Shown here in pieces: positions 1 through 9,680 of a stretch of DNA of 32,000 nt. The position numbers were made by a program, and so were the translations under genes. The first letter of the stretch is position 1; each line of letters starts with the position of its first letter. Where the stretch lies: NCBI RefSeq assembly GCF_000014785.1, contig NC_008340.1:810001-842000 (forward strand), written 5' to 3'. The stretch is from Alkalilimnicola ehrlichii MLHE-1 (lineage in GTDB: Bacteria; Pseudomonadota; Gammaproteobacteria; Nitrococcales; Halorhodospiraceae). The notes beneath the pieces were generated by a model. It saw only the letters and a list, made by a program, of their open reading frames with translations, was not told the origin of the DNA and did no database searches.

Positions 1-1
1 G

Positions 2-358
2 GCGGTGTTCGACGGCCTGCTCAAGGTGGAGGAGGGCGCCCAGAAGACCGACGGCTTCCAGGAGAATCGCAACCTGATCCTGAGCCCGATGGCGCTGGCC
101 CACTCCAACCCGCGCCTGGAGATCTACGCCGACGACGTCAAGTGCTCCCACGGCTCCACCGTGGGCGAGCTGGACAAGGAGGCGGTCTTCTACCTGCGCA
201 GCCGCGGCATGGACCAGGACAGCGCTCAGGCCCTGCTCACTTGGGCCTTTGCCAATGAGGTGCTCAGCGAGGTCAGGCTTGATAGCCTGAAGACCTATCA
301 GCAACGCCTGCTGGGCGGCTTCCTGCCGGGGCAGGCCGACTTCGAGGGGCTTGTATGA
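2..358 (+). CDS. sufD: Fe-S cluster assembly protein SufD, C-terminal fragment (5' end lies off-window)
   Basis: The frame is open from the window edge. The translation NPRLEIYADDVKCSHGSTVGELDKEAVFYLRSRGMD...ALLTWAFANEVL is the conserved SufD C-terminal region. Its stop overlaps the sufS ATG (ATGA at 355-358). Confidence 0.8.
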   Translation, partial: AVFDGLLKVEEGAQKTDGFQENRNLILSPMALAHSNPRLEIYADDVKCSHGSTVGELDKEAVFYLRSRGMDQDSAQALLTWAFANEVLSEVRLDSLKTYQQRLLGGFLPGQADFEGLV

Positions 359-1620
359 GCACGGTTGAACCGGTTCGCGACCGGGAACGGGCCGGGCCGC
401 CGCTGGACGTGGCGGCCCTGCGCGCCCAGTTCCCCGTCCTGCACCAACAGGTGAACGGCTACCCGCTGGTCTACCTGGACAATGCCGCCAGCTGCCAGAA
501 GCCGGAGGCGGTGATCGAGGCCGAGGCGGCGTGTTATCGCGAGTACTACGCCAACATCCACCGTGGGGTGCACGCCCTCTCCCAGCGCTGCACCACCGCC
601 TTCGAGGGGGCCCGCGAGAAGGTGCAGCGGTTCCTGAACGCCGAGCGCGACGGGGAGATCGTCTTCCTGCGCGGCACCACCGAGGCCATCAATTTGGTGG
701 CCCACAGCTACGTGGAGCCCCTGTTGCAGCCAGGCGATGAGATCCTCATCAGCTACCTGGAGCACCACTCCAACATCGTCCCCTGGCAGATGGTCTGCGA
801 GCGCACCGGGGCGGAGCTGCGGGTCATCCCGGTACAGGATAACGGCGAACTGGACCTGGAGGCCTTCCAGGCCCTGCTCAGTGATCGGACCCGCTTCCTC
901 TCCGTGGGGCACGTCTCCAATGCCCTGGGCACGGTGAACCCGGTGCGCTGGATGATTGAGCAGGCCCACGCCCGGGACATCCCCGTGCTGCTGGACGGCG
1001 CCCAGGCGGTGCCTCATGGCCCGGTGGATGTGCGCGAGCTGGACTGCGACTTCTACGCCTTCTCCGGGCACAAGCTCTATGGGCCGACCGGGGTGGGGGT
1101 GCTCTACGGGCGCCACGACCTGCTCAAGGGCATGCGGCCCTGGCAGGGCGGTGGCGACATGATCCGCACCGTCAGCTTCGAGAAGACCCTCTACGCCGAA
1201 CCGCCTGCCCGCTTCGAGGCAGGTACGCCCAACATCGCCGGCGCCATCGCCCTGGGCGCGGCGGTGGACTGGGTGCAGGCGGTGGGCCTGGAGGCCATCG
1301 CCGCCCATGAGGCCCGCCTGTTGGATTACGCCACCGAGCGGCTGGGTGCGTTGGAGGGGGTGCGGCTACTGGGCACGGCCCCGGACAAGGCGGCGGTGCT
1401 CTCCTTCGTGATGGACGAGGCCCACCCCCACGATATCGGCACCATCCTCGACCAACAGGGGGTCGCCATCCGCACCGGGCACCACTGTGCCGAGCCGGTG
1501 ATGAAACGCTTCAACGTGCCGGCCACCGCCCGCGCCTCCTTCGCGGCCTACAACACCGAGGCCGAGGTGGATGCGCTGGTGGAGGGCGTTGAGAAGGTGC
1601 GCGAACTGTTCGGCGGCTGA
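355..1620 (+). CDS. sufS: Cysteine desulfurase SufS (group II, PLP-dependent)
   Basis: 421 aa. It has the PLP-lysine motif SGHKLYGPTGVGVLYG and the catalytic-Cys motif RTGHHCAEP. It sits directly after sufD with a 4-nt overlap. Confidence 0.93.
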   Translation: MSTVEPVRDRERAGPPLDVAALRAQFPVLHQQVNGYPLVYLDNAASCQKPEAVIEAEAACYREYYANIHRGVHALSQRCTTAFEGAREKVQRFLNAERDGEIVFLRGTTEAINLVAHSYVEPLLQPGDEILISYLEHHSNIVPWQMVCERTGAELRVIPVQDNGELDLEAFQALLSDRTRFLSVGHVSNALGTVNPVRWMIEQAHARDIPVLLDGAQAVPHGPVDVRELDCDFYAFSGHKLYGPTGVGVLYGRHDLLKGMRPWQGGGDMIRTVSFEKTLYAEPPARFEAGTPNIAGAIALGAAVDWVQAVGLEAIAAHEARLLDYATERLGALEGVRLLGTAPDKAAVLSFVMDEAHPHDIGTILDQQGVAIRTGHHCAEPVMKRFNVPATARASFAAYNTEAEVDALVEGVEKVRELFGG

Positions 1621-1635
1621 GCCGCCGCGCCATTT

Positions 1636-1657
1636 GCCGGCGGTGTCCGTCGCCGGC
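1636..1657 (+). other. GC hairpin just downstream of the sufS stop (GCCGGCG-N8-CGCCGGC), no U-tract
   Basis: Perfect 7-bp inverted repeat read directly from the sequence, followed by GCCCTTCTC. This is weak as an intrinsic terminator. Confidence 0.25.
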
Positions 1658-1787
1658 GCCCTTCTCAGGCAGCCGGCGGCCATGGACTGTCTTCCCGGGC
1701 CGCTTTCCTGTCCGCGGTGTGCCCCGCCAGGTGGCCGCTGGCCGCCGCCGGCTTGGTATACTCACCGCATTTATCACCGGGGAGACC

Positions 1788-2234
1788 ATGTCCAAGCTCA
1801 GCGACCTCTACCGCAAGATCGTCCTCGCCCACAACCGTCAGCCCCGCAATCATCACCCGCTGGAGCCCTGCAGCCACCATGCGGAGGGGTACAACCCGGT
1901 GTGCGGCGATCATATCCAGGTGTATCTGCGGCTGGACGAGGCCGGACGGGTGGCGGCGGCGAGCTTTACCGGTGAGGCCTGCGCCATCTGCACGGCGTCC
2001 AGTTCCATGATGACCGAAGTGGTGGCCGGTCTGGATGCCAGCGAGGTGGCGGCACTGTTTCGCCGCTTCGAGGCCATGCTCACCGAGGACCCCGCGCAGG
2101 GTGAGTCGCTGCCCGGTGAGCTGCCGGTGCTGGCCGGCGTGCGCCACTTCCCCGGCCGTACCAAGTGTGCCACCTTGTCCTGGCATACCCTGCTGGCGGC
2201 CCTGGAGGGCGAGCGCGCCGCCAGTACCGAATAG
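1788..2234 (+). CDS. sufU: SufU-type (IscU/NifU-like) sulfur acceptor/scaffold protein
   Basis: ATG at 1788 is preceded by GGGGAG. Motifs NPVCGD, GEACAICTASSSMM and LAGVRHFPGRTKCATLSW closely resemble Bacillus SufU (FPARIKCATLSW), and there is no LPPVK motif. The track ORF start at 1719 looks like an upstream over-extension. Confidence 0.85.
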   Translation: MSKLSDLYRKIVLAHNRQPRNHHPLEPCSHHAEGYNPVCGDHIQVYLRLDEAGRVAAASFTGEACAICTASSSMMTEVVAGLDASEVAALFRRFEAMLTEDPAQGESLPGELPVLAGVRHFPGRTKCATLSWHTLLAALEGERAASTE

Positions 2235-2292
2235 TCGTTGGCGGCGTCCGTCTCGCCGTGCCGTTGGGGCCCAGGGAAGAGGGAGGGGCCGA

Positions 2293-3399
2293 TTGCACCA
2301 CCAATACCCGTTTTCTCGTGCCGTTCTGGTCCTGCCTTGGCTGCTGGTGCTGCTGCTGGCCGGCTGTGAGGGCCCGCCGGAGGCGGATCACGCCGATCTG
2401 CCGCGCCCCGTCTATGTCGAGCCGGTCCGGATGGAACCCGCCCACGAGCAGGTCACCCTGCCGGGCCAGCTCCGTGCCCGCGACGAGAGCACGCTTTCCT
2501 TCCGGGTCTCGGGCCCGGTGGCGGCCCTGCCGGTGGCGGAGGGGGAGCGGGTGGCATCCGGCACGGTGCTGGCGCGCATGGATCCGCGTGATTATCACCG
2601 CCGGGTGAATGGCCTGCAGGCGGCGCTGAGCGAGGCCCAGGCCGCCCGTGAGCTGGCTGCCACCGAGTTGCGCCGGCTGCAGCGGGCGGCGGAGGGGCCC
2701 GGGGTTGCCGAGCTGCGGCTGGATCAGGCCCGCGCTGCCCTGGCCCAGGCCACCGCCCGGGTGGAACGTACCCGGGAAGAGCTGGAGGGTGCTCGCGACG
2801 CCCTGGCCGATACCCGCCTGGTGGCGCCGGCGGACGGGGTCCTCGCCCGCCGACTGGTGGAGCCGGGAGAGATGGCTCAGGCCGGTCAGCCGGTGGTGGT
2901 CTTTCAGGATGTTGACCGTCTGGATGTCACCGTCGACCTGCCGGAGCGGCTGTTGCTCGGTGGTGCGCTGACCGGGATGTTGCAGGTGCGGCTGCCCGCC
3001 ATCGACGATAGCTGGCACCGGGCCCGTCTGGTGCACCGTGCCGGCACGCCCAGCCCCGGGACCGGCACCTGGCGTGCCCGCCTGCGCTTGGATGAGCCGC
3101 CCGCCGAGGCCCGGCCCGGCATGCGGGCGCAGGTGCGGCTGCTGCCGGAGACCCACGGCGAGCCCACCTGGCTGCTGCCCATGGGGGCGCTGGACGACCG
3201 CGAACAGCCGCGGGTGTGGCGCCTGGGCGATGACGACACCCTGGAGCCGGTGCCGGTCACGGTGCTGGGGCTCCAGGGCAACCGGCTGCGACTGGCCAGC
3301 GATGAATTGGCGGCGGGCGATCGGGTGGTCACCGTGGGGGCCGTCCTTCTCCGGGATGGACAGCGGGTCACCCCGCTGGAGGTGGAGGCCTCGCGATGA
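2293..3399 (+). CDS. Efflux RND transporter periplasmic adaptor subunit (MFP/HlyD family), lipoprotein
   Basis: In-frame TTG at 2293 lies 5 nt after GGGAGGGG. Signal peptide with lipobox LLLAGC. A lipoyl-like segment, an Ala/Arg-rich coiled coil and TRLVAPADGVLARRLVEPGEMAQAGQPVVVF are typical of adaptor subunits. The stop overlaps the pump start (ATGA). Confidence 0.85.
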   Translation: MHHQYPFSRAVLVLPWLLVLLLAGCEGPPEADHADLPRPVYVEPVRMEPAHEQVTLPGQLRARDESTLSFRVSGPVAALPVAEGERVASGTVLARMDPRDYHRRVNGLQAALSEAQAARELAATELRRLQRAAEGPGVAELRLDQARAALAQATARVERTREELEGARDALADTRLVAPADGVLARRLVEPGEMAQAGQPVVVFQDVDRLDVTVDLPERLLLGGALTGMLQVRLPAIDDSWHRARLVHRAGTPSPGTGTWRARLRLDEPPAEARPGMRAQVRLLPETHGEPTWLLPMGALDDREQPRVWRLGDDDTLEPVPVTVLGLQGNRLRLASDELAAGDRVVTVGAVLLRDGQRVTPLEVEASR

Positions 3400-6300
3400 A
3401 CCTGGCCGCGCTGGCCATACGCCACCGCATCACCACCCTGGTGGCCGTCCTGCTGCTGGTGGTCATGGGCTGGCAGGCCTACCACAACGTCGGCTGGTTG
3501 GAGGACCCGGAGTTCAGCATCAAGCTGGCGCTGGTGGTCACCCAGTACCCGGGTGCCTCACCGGAAGAGGTGGAGCTGCAGGTCACCGACCCCCTGGAAC
3601 GGGCCATCCAGGACCTGGATGAGCTGGACCATGTGCGCAGCCTCTCCCGCGCCGGTGAGTCCGTCATCTATGCCGAGATCCAGCAGCGCTACCGGGCCGA
3701 CGACCTGCCGCAGATCTGGGACCGCCTGCGGCAAAAGGTCGGCGACGCCCAGGCGCAGCTGCCCAGCGGCGCCCACCCATCGCGGGTGATCGACGATTTC
3801 GGTGATGTCCACAGCATCGTGCTTGCCGTCCACGGCGCGGGGGTGGAGCGCGCCCGCCTGGAGGACTATGCCGACGAACTCAAGCGCGACCTGCTGGGCG
3901 TGGACGGCGTCGCCCGCGGCAGTCTCTGGGGGGCGCAGCCCGAGGCGGTCTACGTGGACCTGTCCGAGTCGCGCATCGCCATGATGGGCTTGGCTGCCGG
4001 TCAGGTGGTGCCGTTGCTGTTCGACCAAACCAAGGTCCAGGACGCTGGCTGGGCGGAGCTGGGCGACCGCCGGCTGCGGGTCATCCCCAGTGGCACCTTC
4101 AATACCCTGGACGAGTTGCGCGACTTCTTGATTCCCGGCGGCGAGTCGGGCGAGTTGGTGCGCCTGGGGGACATCGCCGAGATCAGCCGCGGGCCGCTGA
4201 CCCCGCTCCGGCCGCTGATGCGCTTCAACGGCGAACCGGCGGTGGGCATCGCCCTGGCCCACGAGGAGGGCAGCAATGTGGTGGCCATGGGGCGCGCCGT
4301 GCAGCAGCGACTGGACGAGCTGGCGCCCTTCACTCCGGCGGGAATCGAGCTGGGGGTGGTCGCCTGGCAGCCGCAGATCGTGGACGATGCGGTCAGCGGC
4401 TTCGTTCGCAACGTTCTGATTGCGCTGGTGATTGTCCTCGGGGTGCTGTGCCTGTTCACCGGCCTGCGCAGCGGCCTGATGGTGGGGGTGGCGCTGCTGC
4501 TCACGGTGGCCACCACCCTGGTGTTCATGCGGGTGTTCGGTATCGACCTGCACCGGGCCTCGGTGGGGGCGATGATCATCTCCCTGGGGATGATGGTGGA
4601 CAATGCCATCGTCACCGCGGATCTCATGCAGGTAAAGATCCGGCGCGGGGTGGAGCGCCTGCAGGCGGCCCGCGAGGCGGTGCGCGAGAGCGGCCTGCCG
4701 CTGCTCGGTGCCACCCTGGTGGGGATCTTCGGCTTTCTGGCGATCTTCCTGGCCGAGGACGACACCGGCGAGTATGTCGCCAGCCTCTTTCAGGTGGTGG
4801 GCATCTCCCTGCTGGTGAGCTGGGTGGCGGCCATGACCATCGTCCCGCTGCTGGGCTTCCTGCTGTTCAAACCCGGGCAGCAGACCACCGAGCCCTATCA
4901 GACCCGCTTTTACGGGGCCTACCGGCGGCTGCTGCACGGCGTGCTGCGCCACCGACCGCTGGTGGTCATCACGGTGATCGCCACCGTGGCCCTGGCCGTC
5001 ATCGGCTTCCGCTTTGTCGACCAGAGCTTCTTTCCCAACGCCGATCGTAACGAGGTGATGCTCGACTACTGGCTGCCGGAAGGCGGGCGCATCGAGCAGG
5101 TGGCGGCGGACCTGCGCGAGATCGAGGACCACTTCCTGGCCATGCCCGAGGTGGAGCGGGTGACCAGCTTCATCGGTGAGGGCGCCCCGCGCATTGTACT
5201 GGCCATGGAACCGGAGCTGCACAACCAGAGCTACGGCCAGCTACTCATCCGCCTGCAGGACGCCGGCCAGGTGTCGGAGATCGTTCGCCGTGGCGATGCC
5301 TACCTGGCACAGCATTTCCCCCAGGCGGAGCCCCGGATGCGCCCCTTCAGCCTGGCCTCGGTGGAGAAGTTCAAGGTCGAGGGCCGGTTCCGCGGCCCCG
5401 ACCCGGCGGTCCTCCGGGCGTTGGCCGCTCAGGCGGAGGCGATCCTGCGCGCCGATCCCGAGGCCAAATACGTGCGCAACGACTGGCGCCAGCCGGTGAA
5501 GACCCTGGAGCCGGTCATCGACCAGGCTGCCGCCCGCCGCGCCGGGGTCACCCGTGAGGCCATCGGTCAGGCCTTCCTGCGCGCTGAGCACGGCCTGGAC
5601 ATGGGGATGTACCGGGAGGGCGACGACCGGCTGCCCATCCGCCTGCGCCGCCCGCCGGATGAGCGCGAGCGGCTCTCGGACCTGCGCCATATCCAGGTCT
5701 GGCCCGCGGATCGCCCCTGGTCCGTGCCGCTGGACCAGTTGCTGGAGACGCTGCGGGTGGACCGGGAGGACAGCCTGCGCTGGCGGCGGGACCGGCAGCC
5801 CACCCTCACCGTGCAGGCGGATCCGGTGAATATTGAGGCCCACGAGCTCCACGGCCGGGTGCGCGACGCCATCGAGGCCATCGAGTTGCCGCCCGGCTAC
5901 CACTTCGAATGGGGCGGGGAGCACGAGGCGGCCCAGCGCAGTGAGGCCGAGGTGTTGTCCAAGGTCCCGGTGAGTCTGGCGCTGATGGTGCTGATCACGG
6001 TGGCCCTGTTCAACGGCTTGCGCCAGCCGCTGATCATCTTCATGACCATCCCGCTGGGCATCGTCGGGGTCGCCGCCGGCCTGCTGGTGACCGGACTGCC
6101 CTTCGGCTTCATGGCCCTGCTGGGGCTGATCTCCCTGTCGGGGATGTTGATCAAGAACGGGGTGGTGCTGCTGGATCAGATCGAGCAGTACATCGCCAGC
6201 GGCATGGACCGCTACCAGGCGGTGGTGGAGGCCTCGGTGGGGCGCCTCTCGCCCATCTCCATGACGGCGCTGACCACCGCCCTGGGGATGACCCCCATGC

Positions 6301-6437
6301 TCACCGACACCCTGTTCCGGGTGATGGCGGTGAGCATGATCGGGGGGCTGCTGTTCGCCACGCTGCTGACCCTTTTCCTGGTGCCGGCGCTCTACACCTG
6401 GCTGTTTCGGGTGCGTCCGCCAGAGCCCGCGGAGTGA
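3396..6437 (+). CDS. RND efflux permease (AcrB/AcrD/AcrF family)
   Basis: 1013 aa. It has two large periplasmic loops and 12-TM style hydrophobic blocks, with typical N-terminal (IRHRITTLVAVLLLVVMG) and C-terminal (FLVPALYTWLF) features. It is translationally coupled to the adaptor gene. Confidence 0.93.
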   Translation: MNLAALAIRHRITTLVAVLLLVVMGWQAYHNVGWLEDPEFSIKLALVVTQYPGASPEEVELQVTDPLERAIQDLDELDHVRSLSRAGESVIYAEIQQRYRADDLPQIWDRLRQKVGDAQAQLPSGAHPSRVIDDFGDVHSIVLAVHGAGVERARLEDYADELKRDLLGVDGVARGSLWGAQPEAVYVDLSESRIAMMGLAAGQVVPLLFDQTKVQDAGWAELGDRRLRVIPSGTFNTLDELRDFLIPGGESGELVRLGDIAEISRGPLTPLRPLMRFNGEPAVGIALAHEEGSNVVAMGRAVQQRLDELAPFTPAGIELGVVAWQPQIVDDAVSGFVRNVLIALVIVLGVLCLFTGLRSGLMVGVALLLTVATTLVFMRVFGIDLHRASVGAMIISLGMMVDNAIVTADLMQVKIRRGVERLQAAREAVRESGLPLLGATLVGIFGFLAIFLAEDDTGEYVASLFQVVGISLLVSWVAAMTIVPLLGFLLFKPGQQTTEPYQTRFYGAYRRLLHGVLRHRPLVVITVIATVALAVIGFRFVDQSFFPNADRNEVMLDYWLPEGGRIEQVAADLREIEDHFLAMPEVERVTSFIGEGAPRIVLAMEPELHNQSYGQLLIRLQDAGQVSEIVRRGDAYLAQHFPQAEPRMRPFSLASVEKFKVEGRFRGPDPAVLRALAAQAEAILRADPEAKYVRNDWRQPVKTLEPVIDQAAARRAGVTREAIGQAFLRAEHGLDMGMYREGDDRLPIRLRRPPDERERLSDLRHIQVWPADRPWSVPLDQLLETLRVDREDSLRWRRDRQPTLTVQADPVNIEAHELHGRVRDAIEAIELPPGYHFEWGGEHEAAQRSEAEVLSKVPVSLALMVLITVALFNGLRQPLIIFMTIPLGIVGVAAGLLVTGLPFGFMALLGLISLSGMLIKNGVVLLDQIEQYIASGMDRYQAVVEASVGRLSPISMTALTTALGMTPMLTDTLFRVMAVSMIGGLLFATLLTLFLVPALYTWLFRVRPPEPAE

Positions 6438-6571
6438 GCGGCGCGATGGCGCCGTCGTTCGCGTCAAAACCCCTTGTTCTGCTAGGCTTGAATGCATGAC
6501 CTAGAATAAAGAGTCTGACAAAACACGACCGGTCATGACGTTCAATCTTGGGGCAATAGGGTAGAGACGAC

Positions 6572-7879
6572 TTGCAGAGAATACGCGTCCGCAATCTCAC
6601 CAAGATCTTCGGCGATCAGCCCGAGGAGGGCCTGAAGCTACTCAAAGAGGGGGTCGCACCCGACAAGATCCACGAACAGACCGGGCTCACCGTGGGGCTC
6701 AATGACGTCTCCTTCGATGTGGACGAGGGCGAGATCCTCGTGGTCATGGGGCTCTCTGGCAGTGGCAAATCCACGCTCATCCGCTGCGTCAACCGGCTCA
6801 TCGAACCCACCGCGGGCAGCGTCGAGGTGGATGGCGAGGACATCCTCCAATACAGCGCGGATAAGCTCTTCGACCTGCGCCGGCGCAAGTTCGGGATGGT
6901 CTTTCAGAACTTCGCGCTGCTGCCCAACCGGACCATTGTCGACAACGTTGCCTTCGGTCTGGAGATCCAGGGCGTCGAGCGCGCGGAGCGCGAGGAGAGC
7001 GCCCGCCGGTCGCTGGAGCTGGTGGGCCTGAAGGGCTGGGAGGAGGCTTACCCCAGTCAGCTCTCGGGGGGCATGCAGCAGCGCGTGGGCCTGGCCCGGG
7101 CGCTGGCCGTGGACCCGGACATCCTGCTGATGGACGAGGCCTTCAGCGCGCTGGATCCGCTGATCCGCCGCGACATGCAGAACGAGCTGATCGACCTGCA
7201 GTCGCGGATGCACAAGACCATCCTGTTCATCACCCACGACCTGGACGAGGCCCTCAAGCTCGGCGATCGGATCGTGCTGATGAAATCCGGCGGCGTGGTG
7301 CAGATCGGCACCCCCGAGGAGATCCTCAGCAACCCCGCCACCCGCTACGTGCAGCGCTTCGTCGAGGACGTGGACAAGTCCCAGGTGCTCACCGCCGGCA
7401 GCATCATGGGCAAGGCCCGGGTGGTGGCCTTTGAGTCTGACGGACCGCGCACGGCGTTGCACAAGATGGAGGAGGAGAGCTACTACAGCCTCTTCGTCAC
7501 CTCCCGCGACTTCCGGGTCAAGGGCGTGGTCTGGGCCGATGACTGCGGCGCCGCCATCAAGCGGGGCGACAAGGACCTTTCGCGCATTCTCGACACCGAT
7601 TTCCATAAGGTGCGTGAGGACACACCCCTGGCCGAGCTCATCACCCTGCTGGCGGAGAGCCGTATCCCGCTGGCGGTGGTGGACGAGCGCGACAAGCTGT
7701 TGGGCACCGTGGTCAAGAGCAACGTGCTCTCGGCGCTGGCCGAGACCCAGGAGAGCGACGTGCTGCCCGACCATCCGGGCCATGACGATAAGGAGGATGC
7801 GCCGCCGGCCACCGCCGCGGCGGATGACGGTGAGACGGTGGCGACCGACGGCGACCGGCAAGGGGGGCAGGCATCGTGA
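6572..7879 (+). CDS. proV: Glycine betaine/proline betaine ABC transporter ATP-binding protein with C-terminal CBS pair and acidic tail
   Basis: Walker A GLSGSGKST, signature LSGGMQQRVGLARAL and Walker B ILLMDEAFSALD, followed by a CBS-like region and the tail DDKEDAPPATAAADDGETVATDGD. TTG start as in the track. Confidence 0.92.
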   Translation: MQRIRVRNLTKIFGDQPEEGLKLLKEGVAPDKIHEQTGLTVGLNDVSFDVDEGEILVVMGLSGSGKSTLIRCVNRLIEPTAGSVEVDGEDILQYSADKLFDLRRRKFGMVFQNFALLPNRTIVDNVAFGLEIQGVERAEREESARRSLELVGLKGWEEAYPSQLSGGMQQRVGLARALAVDPDILLMDEAFSALDPLIRRDMQNELIDLQSRMHKTILFITHDLDEALKLGDRIVLMKSGGVVQIGTPEEILSNPATRYVQRFVEDVDKSQVLTAGSIMGKARVVAFESDGPRTALHKMEEESYYSLFVTSRDFRVKGVVWADDCGAAIKRGDKDLSRILDTDFHKVREDTPLAELITLLAESRIPLAVVDERDKLLGTVVKSNVLSALAETQESDVLPDHPGHDDKEDAPPATAAADDGETVATDGDRQGGQAS

Positions 7880-8724
7880 GTCAGGAGTTTCCCTTCATCG
7901 GCAAGATCCCGCTGGCCGATTGGATCGACAGCGGTCTGGACTGGTTGACCGACAAGTTCGCCCTGGTCACCCGTGCCATCAGTCGCTTCATGGGCGATGG
8001 CGTGGAGCTGGTGGTCGGTGCGCTCACCTACCCCCCGCCCTGGGTGGTCATCCTCGGCTTCATGGCGCTGGCGTGGTGGCTAGCCGGGCGGCGGGTGGCC
8101 ATCGGCACCGGCCTGGGCCTGGCGCTGCTGTGGAACCTGCAGCTCTGGGTGGCGACCATGGAGACGCTCACCCTGGTCCTGTTCGCCACCGCGGTGGCGG
8201 TCACTATCGCCCTGCCCATCGGCATCTGGGGCGGCTTGTCCGGGCGGGCCCACCGGGTGATGACGCCGGTACTGGACTTCATGCAGACCATGCCGGCGTT
8301 CGTCTACCTGATTCCCGCCGTGCCCTTTTTTGGGCTGGGACCGGTGGCGGCCATGTTCGCCACGGTGATCTTCTCCATGCCGCCGGCGATCCGACTGACT
8401 ACACTGGGAATACGTCAGGTGCCTGCCGAACTGGTGGAGGCCGCCGATGCCTTCGGTGCCACCCGGCGGCAGAAGCTGTTCAAGGTGCAGCTGCCGCTGG
8501 CCGTACCCACCATCATGGCCGGCATCAACCAGACCATTATGCTCGCCCTGTCCATGGTGGTCATCGCCGCCATGATTGGCGCCGGTGGGCTGGGTAGCGA
8601 GGTGTGGCGCGCCATACAGCGCCTCCAGTCCGGGAACGGCTTCGAAGCGGGCATCGCCATCGTGATCCTGGCGATGATCCTGGATCGGGTGACGCAAAAG
8701 ATCGGAAAGGGAAAGCAATCCTGA
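7876..8724 (+). CDS. proW: Glycine betaine/proline ABC transporter permease
   Basis: 282 aa polytopic protein with the EAA-type loop ELVEAADAFGATRRQKLFKVQLPLAVPTIMAGINQ. It has a 4-nt overlap with proV. Confidence 0.92.
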   Translation: MSQEFPFIGKIPLADWIDSGLDWLTDKFALVTRAISRFMGDGVELVVGALTYPPPWVVILGFMALAWWLAGRRVAIGTGLGLALLWNLQLWVATMETLTLVLFATAVAVTIALPIGIWGGLSGRAHRVMTPVLDFMQTMPAFVYLIPAVPFFGLGPVAAMFATVIFSMPPAIRLTTLGIRQVPAELVEAADAFGATRRQKLFKVQLPLAVPTIMAGINQTIMLALSMVVIAAMIGAGGLGSEVWRAIQRLQSGNGFEAGIAIVILAMILDRVTQKIGKGKQS

Positions 8725-8750
8725 GTTCAAGCCGCAAGGAGTAGTGTGTC

Positions 8751-9599
8751 ATGCATAAATCACTGAGCAGTCTGATCGTAGCGGCCGCCGCGGGCACGTT
8801 GATGGTCACCTCCCTGTCCGCGGCCGCCGAGGGCCGCATCAACATGCCCTACGTGGAGTGGGACAGCGAAGTGGCCAGCACCAACGTGGTCCGGGTGGTG
8901 CTCGAGGAGGCGGGTTACGATGTCCGCACTACCTCCGTGAGCGCGGCGGCCATGTGGCAGGCCGTGGCCAGCGGTGACCAGGACGCCATGGTGGCGGCCT
9001 GGCTGCCCACCACCCACGCCAGCTATCTGGAACAGACCCGGGACCGGGTGGTGGACCTGGGGCCGAACCTGGAGGGCACCCGCATCGGCCTGGTGGTGCC
9101 GGCCTACGTGGAGATCGACTCCATTGAGGAGCTCAACGACCACGCCGACCGCTTCGATGGCCGCATCGTCGGCATCGACCCGGGCGCCGGCATCATGAGC
9201 ACCACCGAGACGGCCATTGAGGAGTACGGGCTGACCAACCTCCGGCTGGTGGACGGCTCCAGCGCCACCATGGCCGCGGCCCTCCGGGATGCCATCCGTA
9301 ACGAGGACTGGGTGGTGGTGACCGGCTGGACGCCCCACTGGAAGGAGGGCCGTTGGGACCTCAAGTACCTGGAGGACCCGAAGGGTATCTACGGGGGTGA
9401 GGAGGAGATCCACACCATCGTGCGCCAGGGGCTTGAGGAGGACCACCCGACGGCCTACGCCATCCTCGACAACTTCCAATGGACCCCCGAGCACATGGCC
9501 GAGGTTATGGTCATGAACGAGGAGGGCGGCGACCCCTACGAGAACGCTAAAAAGTGGGTCGAGGAGAACCGCGACCTCGTGGAGCAGTGGCTGCCCTGA
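8751..9599 (+). CDS. proX: Glycine betaine ABC transporter substrate-binding protein (OpuAC/ProX family)
   Basis: Signal peptide ending SLSAAAEG. WDSEVASTNVVRVVLEEAGYDV and GWTPHWKEG are typical of betaine-binding proteins. It is the third gene of the proVWX arrangement. Confidence 0.9.
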   Translation: MHKSLSSLIVAAAAGTLMVTSLSAAAEGRINMPYVEWDSEVASTNVVRVVLEEAGYDVRTTSVSAAAMWQAVASGDQDAMVAAWLPTTHASYLEQTRDRVVDLGPNLEGTRIGLVVPAYVEIDSIEELNDHADRFDGRIVGIDPGAGIMSTTETAIEEYGLTNLRLVDGSSATMAAALRDAIRNEDWVVVTGWTPHWKEGRWDLKYLEDPKGIYGGEEEIHTIVRQGLEEDHPTAYAILDNFQWTPEHMAEVMVMNEEGGDPYENAKKWVEENRDLVEQWLP

Positions 9600-9613
9600 T
9601 CAGGGCAGGCGCC

Positions 9614-9643
9614 GGGCGGCCGGCATCTGCTGACCGGCCGCCC
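9614..9643 (+). other. Perfect 10-bp-stem GC hairpin just after the proX stop
   Basis: GGGCGGCCGG-catctgctga-CCGGCCGCCC read directly. There is no T-tract immediately after it. Confidence 0.35.
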
Positions 9644-9680
9644 CTGTCACAATCGTGACGGCCCGGGTCCGGGCCGGAGG

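Noticed and set aside
298-1308. Long ORFs antisense to, or out of frame with, recognisable genes (for example 298-1308 -, 2080-3156 -, 3558-5222 -, 5241-6497 -, 6638-7861 -, 16576-18303 -, 16728-18257 +, 18476-19735 -, 21168-22709 -, 25604-26701 +, 30907-31842 -).
   Set aside because: Each overlaps a gene with clear family motifs on the other strand or in another frame. Their translations are Arg/Gly/Pro/His-rich and low in complexity, with no recognisable motifs. This is the usual stop-codon-poor artefact of high-GC DNA.
2035-2292. Upstream-extended starts given by the ORF track (2035, 1719, 9728, 11786, 12855, 16471, 21321, 28572, 29344, 30787).
   Set aside because: The extensions overlap the preceding gene or lie upstream of a clear Shine-Dalgarno and start-codon pair. 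They encode Arg/Pro-rich low-complexity sequence ahead of obvious signal peptides or conserved N-termini, so I chose internal starts instead.
6438-6571. The AT-rich region upstream of proV, containing TTGAAT, TAGAAT and the short palindromes ATGCAT, GACCGGTC and GTCATGAC, as a defined osmoregulated promoter or operator.
   Set aside because: The hexamer spacings (8 or 21 nt) do not fit a sigma70 promoter, and 6-8-bp palindromes are expected by chance. A promoter is probably present, but I cannot place it.
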